NCBI GenBank assembly: GCA_965209055.1
Contig: OZ242374.1
Coordinates: forward strand, 352,001 to 416,000
Direction: 5' to 3'
Length of the DNA stretch: 64,000 bases
Source of the DNA: Acidobacteriota bacterium
Lineage (GTDB): Bacteria > Acidobacteriota > UBA6911 > RPQK01 > JAJDTT01
Shown here in pieces: positions 29,967 through 39,364 of the stretch. Positions within the stretch are counted from its first letter, which is position 1; every line of letters begins with the position of its first letter. The notes under the pieces are model-generated. The model was given only the letters and a program-made list of their open reading frames with translations. It was not told the origin of the DNA and ran no database searches. Made by a program: the position numbers and the translations under genes.

Positions 29967-30743
29967 TTAACTGCCATGCCCTCTCAGGCGGGCGGCCGAG
30001 GTGTCGATGGCACGCGCCAAGTGCGCCCAATCCACCCCCATGAGCACCCATTGGATCCCCTTTTCCGTCCACTCCATAAGCGCTTCCGGATCGTCGGCCA
30101 GACCGATTCCGGGAAAGACGCCGGCTTGATGTGCCGTGGTCACGACCGTTTCAACGGCTCTCTGCACCTCCGGATGCTGAGGATTTCCCATATGCCCCAT
30201 GGAACCGGCCAAGTCGTTGACTCCGATCATGATCGCGGTGAGTCCCGGCACGCGAACCATTTCGTCGATCACGTTGACGGCGTCGATGTGCTCGATCTGC
30301 ACGATGCAGACGATTTCCCGGTTGGCTCGCCGGCAGTACTCTGCGTCCCCGATGCGACCGTATCGAATCGGCCGTCGTGGACCGAATCCCCGCTCTCCCT
30401 CCGGCGGATACAAGCAGGCCGAGACGGCTAGCTGAACGTCTTCGACCGTGCGGACGAGCGGGACCACAATTCCGTCTGCCCCGATGTCCAACACCGGCTT
30501 GATCAAGACGGCATCATTCCAGGCAACACGCACCAACGCCGCGGCGTCGCTACCCTTGGTCGCCATGATGTGACCCTGAACCGTTTCCAGGGAATGACCA
30601 TTGTGCTCCATGTCGATGAAGGCAAAATCGAGCGTGTGAGAGATCAGCTCGGTCACGGTGGGATCCGAAAAGCTCACTCCGCAACCAAGCGGGATCTGTC
30701 CGCTTTCCAGCTTGGCCCTGAACGTGTTGGCGTTCTCCATCAA
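29967..30743 (-). CDS. HpcH/HpaI class II aldolase
   Basis: DFAFIDMEH, LVRV, LDIGADGIVVP, YPPEGERG, QIE, IGVNDL. Confidence 0.93.
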   Translation of the reverse strand: MMENANTFRAKLESGQIPLGCGVSFSDPTVTELISHTLDFAFIDMEHNGHSLETVQGHIMATKGSDAAALVRVAWNDAVLIKPVLDIGADGIVVPLVRTVEDVQLAVSACLYPPEGERGFGPRRPIRYGRIGDAEYCRRANREIVCIVQIEHIDAVNVIDEMVRVPGLTAIMIGVNDLAGSMGHMGNPQHPEVQRAVETVVTTAHQAGVFPGIGLADDPEALMEWTEKGIQWVLMGVDWAHLARAIDTSAARLRGHGS

Positions 30744-30856
30744 AACCCCCTTCTTGGATCGCTTGAAAGCTGTTGCGTCGATTGAAAACTAATGGTTGAT
30801 CTGTCGCTTGGCCGTTTCGGAAACAGGGGTTGGGGTGGTCAAAATGAATTCAACCA

Positions 30857-31744
30857 CTATCCGATTCCTATCGATCTCAAGTACTCCCGGTTTCGCTTGG
30901 CGATGGGCAATGGTTTGTCGAACGCCACGGGATACATGTCTTGTTCAACAATGGCCCAGCCGTCATATTCGATTTCCTGCAGCAAATCTCGCAAGGCAAT
31001 GTAATCCACCACTCCTTTTGAGAGTTCACAGAACATGCCCATGGCGACGGCATGAATAAACGGTATTTCCTCAGCCACCACTTGCCGGCGAAGTTCAGGG
31101 TCCACGCTCTTGAGATGAAGGTAAGGGATCCTCTCGTGGTGCTTGCGCACGAAGGCGACCGGGTCCACCCCGCGGTAGGCCAGATGACCAACGTCCTGGC
31201 CCAGGGAGATCACCTCGGGGTCGGTATCTTCCAGTAGCTTCTCAATCTGGTCTTCAAAGGCGACGTGGGAATCGGGGCTGGAATGATAAACCAACTGGAT
31301 CTCGAATTTTTCCCGCGCCAGGATTGCCGCCCGGTGGGTGGTGTCGATCAGGCGCTTCCACGCGTCCTCATCCAATCGTTCCGGCTTGATTCGTTCGCCG
31401 GTAAACCAATCCGTGTGCAGGTCGTCGATCAAGACCAGAAATCGCGCGTCCAGTCCCGCCAGCAACTCTCCGACTTCCAATAGCTGCGACTCCAACCCCG
31501 GCCAGGCTTCCGGGTCTTCGAGATGAGCCATGAGAAAAGTGCCCGTGACCTTCAAATTCCGCCGGCTCAATTGCCGGCGCAAGACGTTGAGATCTTGCGG
31601 GAAATAACCATAGGGGCCCAGTTCGATCCACTCATAGCCGGCCTCCGCCACCTCGTCGAGAAACCTCCGCCAGGGGATCTGTTTCGGATCTTCCCCAAAC
31701 CACACGCCCCAGGAATCCGGACAGCTACCTACCTTGACGTTCAT
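30857..31744 (-). CDS. IolE-like (inosose dehydratase / AP-endonuclease-2 TIM barrel) enzyme
   Basis: GSCPDSWGVWF, ELGPYGY.P, DVGH, HLK, FCEL.KGVVD, WAIVEQD. Confidence 0.85.
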   Translation of the reverse strand: MNVKVGSCPDSWGVWFGEDPKQIPWRRFLDEVAEAGYEWIELGPYGYFPQDLNVLRRQLSRRNLKVTGTFLMAHLEDPEAWPGLESQLLEVGELLAGLDARFLVLIDDLHTDWFTGERIKPERLDEDAWKRLIDTTHRAAILAREKFEIQLVYHSSPDSHVAFEDQIEKLLEDTDPEVISLGQDVGHLAYRGVDPVAFVRKHHERIPYLHLKSVDPELRRQVVAEEIPFIHAVAMGMFCELSKGVVDYIALRDLLQEIEYDGWAIVEQDMYPVAFDKPLPIAKRNREYLRSIGIG

Positions 31745-31763
31745 TGTTGGAATCTCCTATTGG

Positions 31764-32747
31764 TTATTGATCCGGACGCAAAACTGCGCCTTCCTGCGCC
31801 GCATTGTCGATCTCTTCCGCCAGACGAGCCAGTTCCTGCCCCTTTTCAGCCTGTTCCGCCGCCAGGCGTATTCTTGCCTCTTCGAGGATGGCATCAATGC
31901 TCTTCCCGGCCCATTCGTAATCGCGGGCCTGTTGCATGATCGAATGAATTCGCTCCAAATGAGTCTTGGAGCGCTCGGCAGCCGGAGAATCCAGAATGGA
32001 GGCTCGGGCATAGGCAGCCACTGCAGCCTTCGGATTGCGAGAGCTTCCCTGCGCAAAGCCCAGTCGGAAGGCAGCGTAAGCATGCTCAGGGTCCATTTCC
32101 AGTGTCTTGCTGAAGTGCTCAACCGCCTGTCGAAGTTCCTTGGGTGAACCGGCCGATTGCTGCCAAAGCTCCAAATGGGCGCGACCCAAGGCATAGTGGG
32201 CGTCGGCCTGCAATCCCTGCCGTTGATTGACCCATTCGGAGGATGCCATTTTGCCGGGTTTTTCCAAATTCTCCAACAACAGCAGGGCCCGATTGGCGTA
32301 CTCGCTGGCCTTGGCCGTTTGGCGTCTTTCGGAATAGAGGTAAGCCAATGGGGCCAGCAACTGAGGCACTTCGGGCAACTCAAGCAGGGCTTGTTCAGCA
32401 TGCAGGATAAAGTTGTCGACATCATTCACCTGATAAGCCGCGTCCGCCAAGACATGGTGGGCAAAGGCCGTCAGGCCGCTGTTGGGAAAGCTCTCCAGAA
32501 ACCTCATGGCCAATTCGGCCTTTTCCGAAAGTCTGCCGGCTCGTTCCACCGCTTGCCAAGCATCGAACTCCGCTTTCTCTCTGGGCTCACCGACGACGCG
32601 GGCAGGCTGTTCGGGTTCTTGCTGGTCTTGAGATGGCTGCTGAGATGTTTGTTGGCGTTCCGGTGCCCTCTCCTGTGCTGTCAAATGGTTGGAGAACGGA
32701 CTCAGCACCAGCACCGACAAAACCACGCGAGAATACTTCAGCGCCAT
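31764..32747 (-). CDS. Secreted TPR protein
   Basis: Signal peptide, Gln-rich linker, FLESFPNS, AHYALG, AAFRLG. Confidence 0.8.
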   Translation of the reverse strand: MALKYSRVVLSVLVLSPFSNHLTAQERAPERQQTSQQPSQDQQEPEQPARVVGEPREKAEFDAWQAVERAGRLSEKAELAMRFLESFPNSGLTAFAHHVLADAAYQVNDVDNFILHAEQALLELPEVPQLLAPLAYLYSERRQTAKASEYANRALLLLENLEKPGKMASSEWVNQRQGLQADAHYALGRAHLELWQQSAGSPKELRQAVEHFSKTLEMDPEHAYAAFRLGFAQGSSRNPKAAVAAYARASILDSPAAERSKTHLERIHSIMQQARDYEWAGKSIDAILEEARIRLAAEQAEKGQELARLAEEIDNAAQEGAVLRPDQ

Positions 32748-32751
32748 CTTC

Positions 32752-34134
32752 TCACCTGGCGGGCGTGTAGAGCTGGGCCGCCCCTCTCTTGAGCTTGCGA
32801 TAAAGGAATCGGTCGGTTCCCAGCTTGCGCTCCTCCCGATTGAGGCGTCGTACCTGTTGGAGTGCCGCGAGAGCTTTTTCCTTTTCCCCGGCTTTTCGAT
32901 AGGCGATCGACAACTGGTAATAGGCCGTAGTTGCCTGGGGGTCGAGCCGGATCGATGTCTCCAGTTCCCGAATGGCCGAGTCCAGGTCGTTTCTTTTCAA
33001 ATAGAGCTTGCCCAGGCTGATGCGGGCAAGAACGAAGTCGGGCTTCAAGGCGGTCGCTTGCTGCAGATGTCTCAGACTTTCGGCTTCTGCCGGTGTGCCT
33101 GGACGAGACCCTTGAGTCATCCCGATGTCTCCCAGCAGGTAGTGGGCATAGAAATTTGCCGGGTCTTCCCGCAGTGCGTGCTCCAGAAGAACGGTCGCCT
33201 CGTCATGTTGCTGGGCTTCCACCAGCACGAAAGCCAGTCCCAGTCTGGCCACCGCCGAATTCGGCTGTAGCCGGATTGCCTTTTCGTAGTCGGATGCCGC
33301 TTCGCGGTAGCGGCCCTGGGAGAGCTTCAAGTAGCCACGTTGGATGTGCAAGGCGTGGGAATTCGGTAGATGGACCAGTCCCCGATCCAGGAAATCCAGG
33401 GCTACCGAGGGTGACATGGCCGCCTCCGTCGCCATCCGGGCGATCGCCACGTAATTGCGTTCGTCGCCGGGATAGTCCCGAGTCGCCTGCTGCAGGATCC
33501 GCCAGGCTTTTTGGAATTCTTCGAGTTCCAGATAGGCGAGCGCCAGCAGGTTGAATACATCACCGGTCTTGTATCGTTGCGGCATGTTCTCCAGGGTGTT
33601 GGCACAGTCGGTGTGTTTACCCAGAAGATATTGTATGAACGCCAAGTTATAGGCCGCCGCGGATCTGTCGGGATAGCCCGCCAGGGCAAGCTCGAAGTGG
33701 TGTTCGCCCGCGGCATACTCACCGAAACGCGACAGCAGGAGACCGGTCTCGAACTGGGCAACTGCGTTGTCCACCGCTACGCTCTCGAGGACACGTTTGG
33801 CTGCCCCGGCCTGCTTGGTTTCGAGCAACGCCTCGGCATAGTTGACCAGCCACAAAGGGTTTGCCCGCAGCACCGAGGGAGCTTTGGAGTAGCGCCGGGC
33901 TGCTTCCCGGAAATCTCTCTGGGTGAAGGCGATTTGTCCCAGAAGAGCCTGGGCCTCTTCGTTCCCGGCCTTCCGGCCCAACGTTTCCAGCAGCAGCGTG
34001 CGTGCTTCCTGCACCCGGCCCCGGTCAAGCAGTTCAAGTGCACGCTGTCTCCAGACCGGCTGGGCCAGGGCGAGAGAGAGCAGAATCAACCAACAGGAGG
34101 CGCCGGTTAATAGCGAGAAGGGAACTCGCCTCAT
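32752..34134 (-). CDS. Secreted TPR protein (family B, copy 1)
   Basis: Start moved to MRRVPFSLL (signal peptide). LGQIAF, AQFETG, YNLA, HYLLG, SLGKLY, YYQLSIAYRK. Confidence 0.85.
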   Translation of the reverse strand: MRRVPFSLLTGASCWLILLSLALAQPVWRQRALELLDRGRVQEARTLLLETLGRKAGNEEAQALLGQIAFTQRDFREAARRYSKAPSVLRANPLWLVNYAEALLETKQAGAAKRVLESVAVDNAVAQFETGLLLSRFGEYAAGEHHFELALAGYPDRSAAAYNLAFIQYLLGKHTDCANTLENMPQRYKTGDVFNLLALAYLELEEFQKAWRILQQATRDYPGDERNYVAIARMATEAAMSPSVALDFLDRGLVHLPNSHALHIQRGYLKLSQGRYREAASDYEKAIRLQPNSAVARLGLAFVLVEAQQHDEATVLLEHALREDPANFYAHYLLGDIGMTQGSRPGTPAEAESLRHLQQATALKPDFVLARISLGKLYLKRNDLDSAIRELETSIRLDPQATTAYYQLSIAYRKAGEKEKALAALQQVRRLNREERKLGTDRFLYRKLKRGAAQLYTPAR

Positions 34135-34393
34135 TGACCCAGTATAGGGAACTCTTGACGATGTTGAATCGCCCGTGGTAGAAATGACCCCATTGCGCGG
34201 GCCCGTATCCCAGGGGGCTCGATTTCCATTTCTCCTGGCCGAAATCAACCAGGAACGAGTTTGGTAAGGACAGTTCCAAGCAGGCGATGGTCGGCCGCCG
34301 GAGACTCCAGGCGGGGATTTGGCTCCTACTACCACCGAGTGCGTTCCCAGGCGCTCCACTTCCATCCGTTTTCTTCTGAAACAAGGAGAAGTC

Positions 34394-37300
34394 ATGAAGT
34401 CCAAGACGGTTATTGTTTTTCTGCTCTCTCTCCCGCTGATTTTTTCGGTTGCCTCGGCACAGCGTTTCGCTGAAGTCTCAGGGACGGTCACGGATGCCAC
34501 GGGCGCCGTTCTGCCCGGCGTCACCGTCGACGTCACCAGCACCGAGTCCGGCGTTGGCAAGACGGCCATCACCACCGACACGGGGCTGTACCGCGTCTTC
34601 GAGCTGATTCCGGGGGGCTATCGAATCAGTGCCCAGTTGGACGGCTTCAAGACCACGGTCGTGGAAGCGACCCTGGAAACCATGAAGATCACCACCGTGG
34701 ACATGGCCCTGGAAATTGGTGAAATCGCCGACCAGGTCACGGTGGAGGCGGCGGGTATGACCCTGGAAAGGGAATCAGTAAAGGTCAGCACTTTTTTCGA
34801 AGAGAAAATGATCGAGGATCTGCCCCAAGTATTAAAACGGCCTCTCGACATGATCAAGTATGCAGCGGCTGTTTCCTATCGTGGAACCTGGAGTCTGATC
34901 CCCGGCCAGTCGACTTACTACAGCATGAACGGAGTTCCCTACCAGGCTGGGGAAGTCTATGTCGACGGAGCCTACGGCATGAGCGGCCGCGCCTACGACA
35001 GCAACCCGGACACCAGTCCCCGAACGGCCACGGTCAAGGAAATGCGGATCGTGCAAACCAGCTTCAAGGCCGAGTACAACGGAGGGGGTGGCGGCCTGGT
35101 AATCATGTCCACCAAGTCGGGAACCAACAGTTTCCACGGTTCCGTGTGGGAGTTTCACCGTCAGAAAGCGTTGGACGCTCGTAATTTCTTCGCTGCCAAA
35201 CGAGATCCTTTCCGGGAACATCTTTACGGGTTCGAAGTGGACGGACCGATCATCAAAGACAAACTTCACTTCATGGTCAGTGGTTCGGGAAAGCGCTCCT
35301 TTACTCCAACCGGCTCACGGTTTCGCACCTTCCCCACGGAGGCCCAGAGGCGGGGGGATTTTTCGGGCAAGTTCAACGCTGACGGAAGTCTGCGAACCAT
35401 TTACGATCCGCTCACCACAGTTGAAAACCCGGACGGAACCATCAGCCGAACTGCTTTTCCGAACAACATCATCCCGGCCGACCGCATCAGCCGCCAGGCA
35501 CAGGCGATTCTTTCCTATCTTCCGTTGCCGAACCGGGCCCCTGACGACCCTTCCGGAAGCAACAACTTCGTGGGGCTGACAGCCAACCCGTTGTCCTTGT
35601 GGGGATGGACCGCGCGTGTCGACTGGCAAGCAGACGACAACGACAAGATCTTTGTTCGCGTTATTTCCGATCCATCCGTCAGTGAATCGATTGGACCCTG
35701 GACGCCACCGTCCGGCTTCGACACGAGCCGGCTTCCCGACGACGCCATCTCCAAGCGCGCCGAACGGAATCCGGCCGACCCGGATGACTGGGTCATGAGA
35801 TTCGACCAGCTCAACCAGGCGGCCGGTTGGACGCATACCTTCAGTCCCTCGGTGATCTCTGACTTTCGCCAGTCCTACAACGAGTTGTCGCAATGGGCAA
35901 GGCCTATTTCCCAGGGTCTGGGTTTCCCGCAAGAGATCGGAATCACGGTTCCTTCTGAAGTCCCGGCCACGACGACCTACGGCGGCAACAACCACTTTCC
36001 CCATATTGGCATAGCCGGCTACACGGGGCCCGGCGCCGGCTGGGGCGGTGGATCGGCGATCAATCCACGACGCGGGCTGCACTTTGGCGAGACCCTTACC
36101 TGGCTGGAAGGCGCTCATTCTTTCAAGGTGGGCATCGAGACGAGACGCTCCGGTCACGCCTATTTCCAAGCCAGCAATTCCTCCGGACGGTACAACTTCT
36201 CTGCCAATGCCACGGCCGCCAATCCTTTCGACGCCGCCAGCGGGGATTCCGTAGCCTCTCTGCTGCTGGATTGGGTGGACGCGGCCAGCATTTCCAATGT
36301 TGCCCAACGAAATTTCAGCACTTGGTACTGGGGGATGTTCATCCAGGACGACTGGCGGGTCACTCCCAACGTGATCGTGAACCTGGGGCTGCGCTACGAT
36401 TTCGACACGCCGTTAAAGGAGCGAGACAACCTCATAAGCTCTTTCGACCTCAATGCCATCAACCCCGTTTGCAACTGCCCGGGCGCCTTCTTTTACCCCG
36501 ACAAGTACTATGAGACGCAAAAATCCAACTTTGCCCCACGGCTGGGAGTCGCCTGGAACCCAGGGGGCGGCAAGACAGTGGTGCGGGCCGGGGCCGGCAT
36601 TTACTACATGCAACCCATGATCGGCATGAACCCCTGGCAAACTCCCAGGACGGGGCGCGGCGATGTGACCGTCAGCAAGGACTTGGGAAGCCCCGACTTT
36701 GGAGTCACTCCGGCGATTTCCGGTCTTTCGGCCGGTGTGGGAGCGATACCGGTGTTCGAGCTGCAACCCGGATTTGGAGCGGTCGAGATTGGGCAGCCGG
36801 CCATTCTGGGCGCCGAATACCTGTGCTGTCCCGAATTGCGTCAGAACCCTTACAGCATCTCTATGAGTGCCACCCTCCAGCACGAACTCAACGACATCGT
36901 GCTCGAAGCCGGCTACATCGGCAACCTGACCCGGCACCTGGGTGAGTGGAGCTACAATTTGAACCAGCTTCGGCCGTCATTGATGGGGCCGAATGCCACA
37001 CAGGCCGACCGTCCCTATCCGCAATACAGCGCCGTAAGACAGATCTCGGTACCCGACAAGACCATGACTTATCATGCCATGGTGCTCAAGGCGGAAAAGA
37101 GATTCGGAGGCGGCTTGGCGTTTCTCACCAACTTCACCTGGTCGAAACACCTGGGCAATCGTGAAGGCCGGCACAACGTCTACGATCGAGCTTCCGCCCG
37201 GGGGCCTGCCTGGCTTTCGAGACGGCTGCGTTTCGTGGTGGCGGGGACTTACGAGTTGCCCTTCGGAGTCAATCGTACGTTTCTCAATGATGGACTCGTA

Positions 37301-37756
37301 TCCAAAATACTCGGGGGTTGGAACACCTCATTCGCCTTTATCGGCCAATCGGGGGTTCCACTGAACTTCTACGCATCCCCCAACCTGACGGGCTCATTCG
37401 GGGGAAATTCACGCGCCAACCGGCTACGTAACGGCAAGGGTCCACAGACGATCGATGCCTGGTGGGACATCAATGCATTCGTTCACCCCGGGCCCTTCGT
37501 GTTTGGCAATGCCGGCGTCGGAATCGTGGAAGGTCCCGGATCGCAGACCGTTGATTTCTCCCTGATGAAAGACTTCGTCATCCTGGAGGGTAAGCGGCTT
37601 CGTTTCACGGCCGATTTCTTCAATTTTCTGAACCGGGCCAACTTCAACGATCCGAGCACCAGCATCTGTCCGGCCGATGCTCCCTGCACGACCAATCGCA
37701 TCACAAGCGCTCAATTTGCACGCCAGACCCAGTTGGGACTGCAATTCTTTTTCTGA
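34394..37756 (+). CDS. Oar-type TonB-dependent outer-membrane receptor with carboxypeptidase-regulatory-like N-domain
   Basis: AAGGAG RBS, signal peptide, GTVTDATGAVLPG, TKSGTNSFHGS, GPIIKDK, FIQDDWRVTP..NLGLRY, NFAPRLG.AW, terminal QLGLQFFF. Confidence 0.95.
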   Translation: MKSKTVIVFLLSLPLIFSVASAQRFAEVSGTVTDATGAVLPGVTVDVTSTESGVGKTAITTDTGLYRVFELIPGGYRISAQLDGFKTTVVEATLETMKITTVDMALEIGEIADQVTVEAAGMTLERESVKVSTFFEEKMIEDLPQVLKRPLDMIKYAAAVSYRGTWSLIPGQSTYYSMNGVPYQAGEVYVDGAYGMSGRAYDSNPDTSPRTATVKEMRIVQTSFKAEYNGGGGGLVIMSTKSGTNSFHGSVWEFHRQKALDARNFFAAKRDPFREHLYGFEVDGPIIKDKLHFMVSGSGKRSFTPTGSRFRTFPTEAQRRGDFSGKFNADGSLRTIYDPLTTVENPDGTISRTAFPNNIIPADRISRQAQAILSYLPLPNRAPDDPSGSNNFVGLTANPLSLWGWTARVDWQADDNDKIFVRVISDPSVSESIGPWTPPSGFDTSRLPDDAISKRAERNPADPDDWVMRFDQLNQAAGWTHTFSPSVISDFRQSYNELSQWARPISQGLGFPQEIGITVPSEVPATTTYGGNNHFPHIGIAGYTGPGAGWGGGSAINPRRGLHFGETLTWLEGAHSFKVGIETRRSGHAYFQASNSSGRYNFSANATAANPFDAASGDSVASLLLDWVDAASISNVAQRNFSTWYWGMFIQDDWRVTPNVIVNLGLRYDFDTPLKERDNLISSFDLNAINPVCNCPGAFFYPDKYYETQKSNFAPRLGVAWNPGGGKTVVRAGAGIYYMQPMIGMNPWQTPRTGRGDVTVSKDLGSPDFGVTPAISGLSAGVGAIPVFELQPGFGAVEIGQPAILGAEYLCCPELRQNPYSISMSATLQHELNDIVLEAGYIGNLTRHLGEWSYNLNQLRPSLMGPNATQADRPYPQYSAVRQISVPDKTMTYHAMVLKAEKRFGGGLAFLTNFTWSKHLGNREGRHNVYDRASARGPAWLSRRLRFVVAGTYELPFGVNRTFLNDGLVSKILGGWNTSFAFIGQSGVPLNFYASPNLTGSFGGNSRANRLRNGKGPQTIDAWWDINAFVHPGPFVFGNAGVGIVEGPGSQTVDFSLMKDFVILEGKRLRFTADFFNFLNRANFNDPSTSICPADAPCTTNRITSAQFARQTQLGLQFFF

Positions 37757-37770
37757 CGAACAACCATCTG

Positions 37771-37811
37771 CTCAGTCCCGCCGCTTGTTGAAACGAGCCG
37801 GCGGGACTGAG
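37771..37811 (+). terminator. Strong hairpin after the TBDR (terminator or mRNA-stabilising stem)
   Basis: CTCAGTCCCGCCG ... CGGCGGGACTGAG 13-bp perfect arms, no clear U-tract. Confidence 0.6.
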
Positions 37812-37851
37812 CTGGTCCCTCTCGAATTGACCGACCCAGGCCCGACTTGAA

Positions 37852-39216
37852 TTGTTGTACCCGTTCGCGGCCGGATCCTCCGGCAGGCGCACTTTGGTGA
37901 CTTCAAACCAGCGCCGTGGGAAACCAGGTCATCTTTCCCGTTTTGATAGAGTTGGGGACAAGGTGGGTTGTCCGCATGCAGGCTCATTGATCCGGATTCC
38001 GGTTCTTTTCCTCTTCGTTCAACCGGTTGCCGCCCCACTGCCGCTTCCGCCGGAACAACCGGCATCTTCCGTGCCGGCGCCTTCCGGCAACAATCGCTCT
38101 CCTTACGTGGGCGCCTCGACCTGTGGGAAATGCCATCAATCTATCCATGAAAGCTTTCGCCAAACCACCCACTACCTCACCTCCCAGCTTCCTCGGGCGA
38201 ATTCCATACTCGGCAGTTTTGAGCCCGCTCAGGCTTTGCTTCGCACCGGCAATCCCGATCTCTGGTACGAGATGCGCGCTTCGGAAGACGGTTTCTTTCA
38301 GACCGCGTGGTCCCGGGAACAAGGTCGAATTGTCCCGCGGACCGAGCGCATGGACATCGTCGTCGGATCGGGGAAAATGGGCCAGACTTATCTCTACTGG
38401 CGAGGCAGCAAACTCTTTCAGTTGCCGGTTTCCTATTTCACCGAGGCGCAACGTTGGATCAACAGCCCCGGCTATCCGGACGGGCAGGCGTACTTCGACC
38501 GCCCGGTTAATCCGCGTTGCCTGGAATGCCATGCCACCTTCTTTGAGGTCGTCAGCGAAGAAGACCCGATGCGGCCCTATCTGAGCAATGTCTACAGCCG
38601 GAACAATCACTTGCTGGGAGTCACCTGTGAAAGATGTCATGGCCCGGGAGGTTCTCATTCGAAAAACCCGTTGGAAAGGTCCAGCTCCGGCGCAACCGCC
38701 GATATCGTCCATCCCGGAAAACTCGAGCGGGAACTCCAGATGACACTCTGCGCCCAGTGTCACTCGGGTCACCTGGTCCCGCGCGACGGTCCCTTTTCCT
38801 TCAGGCCTGGCCAGGGGCCTGAGGCGTTCATTGCCGTGGAGAGCCTTCGGGCCAGGAACAGCGGAGGCGTGCACACCACCAATCAACCCGATCGTCTTCG
38901 CCGCTCCCGGTGTTTTCAGGAGAGTGGGTCGCTGACCTGCAATAGTTGCCATGATCCGCACCACCTGGAGCGGGCAAACCTGCAACTGTTTTCCCGGCGT
39001 TGCATGACCTGCCACGAGCCGCAGGTCTGTGGGATGGCGGCAACCTTGGGGGATGCCATCGAAGGCAACTGTATCGACTGTCATATGCCGGTACAGCGGG
39101 ACCTGGGAACGCCAATGGCGACGGCCAGCGGGTTTGAGGCTCCGCGGATGCGGGATCACAAGATCGCCGTCTATTCGGCTGTCGCTAAACGTCTTTTGAA
39201 GCAGTTCCAGCAATAA
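37852..39216 (+). CDS. Multiheme c-type cytochrome (7 CxxCH), paralog of the heme domain of 27589-29934; true start probably downstream (~37963)
   Basis: CGKCH, CLECH, CERCH, CAQCH, CNSCH, CMTCH, CIDCH. Shared GSG...QTYL..LP.SY...W..SPGY and SRCF motifs. Confidence 0.9.
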   Translation: MLYPFAAGSSGRRTLVTSNQRRGKPGHLSRFDRVGDKVGCPHAGSLIRIPVLFLFVQPVAAPLPLPPEQPASSVPAPSGNNRSPYVGASTCGKCHQSIHESFRQTTHYLTSQLPRANSILGSFEPAQALLRTGNPDLWYEMRASEDGFFQTAWSREQGRIVPRTERMDIVVGSGKMGQTYLYWRGSKLFQLPVSYFTEAQRWINSPGYPDGQAYFDRPVNPRCLECHATFFEVVSEEDPMRPYLSNVYSRNNHLLGVTCERCHGPGGSHSKNPLERSSSGATADIVHPGKLERELQMTLCAQCHSGHLVPRDGPFSFRPGQGPEAFIAVESLRARNSGGVHTTNQPDRLRRSRCFQESGSLTCNSCHDPHHLERANLQLFSRRCMTCHEPQVCGMAATLGDAIEGNCIDCHMPVQRDLGTPMATASGFEAPRMRDHKIAVYSAVAKRLLKQFQQ

Positions 39217-39259
39217 GACAGTTCAAGGAGGAGACGATTTCCAATCGCCCATGTGGCAA

Positions 39260-39315
39260 GAATCGGCGGTTAGGAAACCGCCGCCCCGAATCGGCGGTTA
39301 GGAAACCGCCGCCCC
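39260..39315. repeat. Two exact tandem 28-bp REP-like units, preceded by a degenerate opposite-orientation unit (~39230-39250)
   Basis: GAATCGGCGGTTAGGAAACCGCCGCCCC x2, each with a GGCGGTT/AACCGCC stem, between convergent genes. Confidence 0.8.
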
Positions 39316-39364
39316 CGCCCCCCGTCCGCCGGACCGGGCCGGTGGGGGAGCTACTGAAATAGTT

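Noticed and set aside
32752-34581. 609-aa ORF overlapping the TBDR start
   Set aside because: The N-terminal extension is antisense to the TBDR. A signal peptide starts at Met 34134.
27589-39216. MtrAB/OmcS-type extracellular electron-transfer conduit
   Set aside because: The barrel is an Oar-type TBDR with a plug rather than MtrB, the heme count and spacing differ from decaheme MtrA, and there is no quinol dehydrogenase partner.
39260-39315. Possible CRISPR array (28-bp palindromic repeat x2)
   Set aside because: The units are directly adjacent with no spacer and there are no cas genes. A REP-like doublet fits better.
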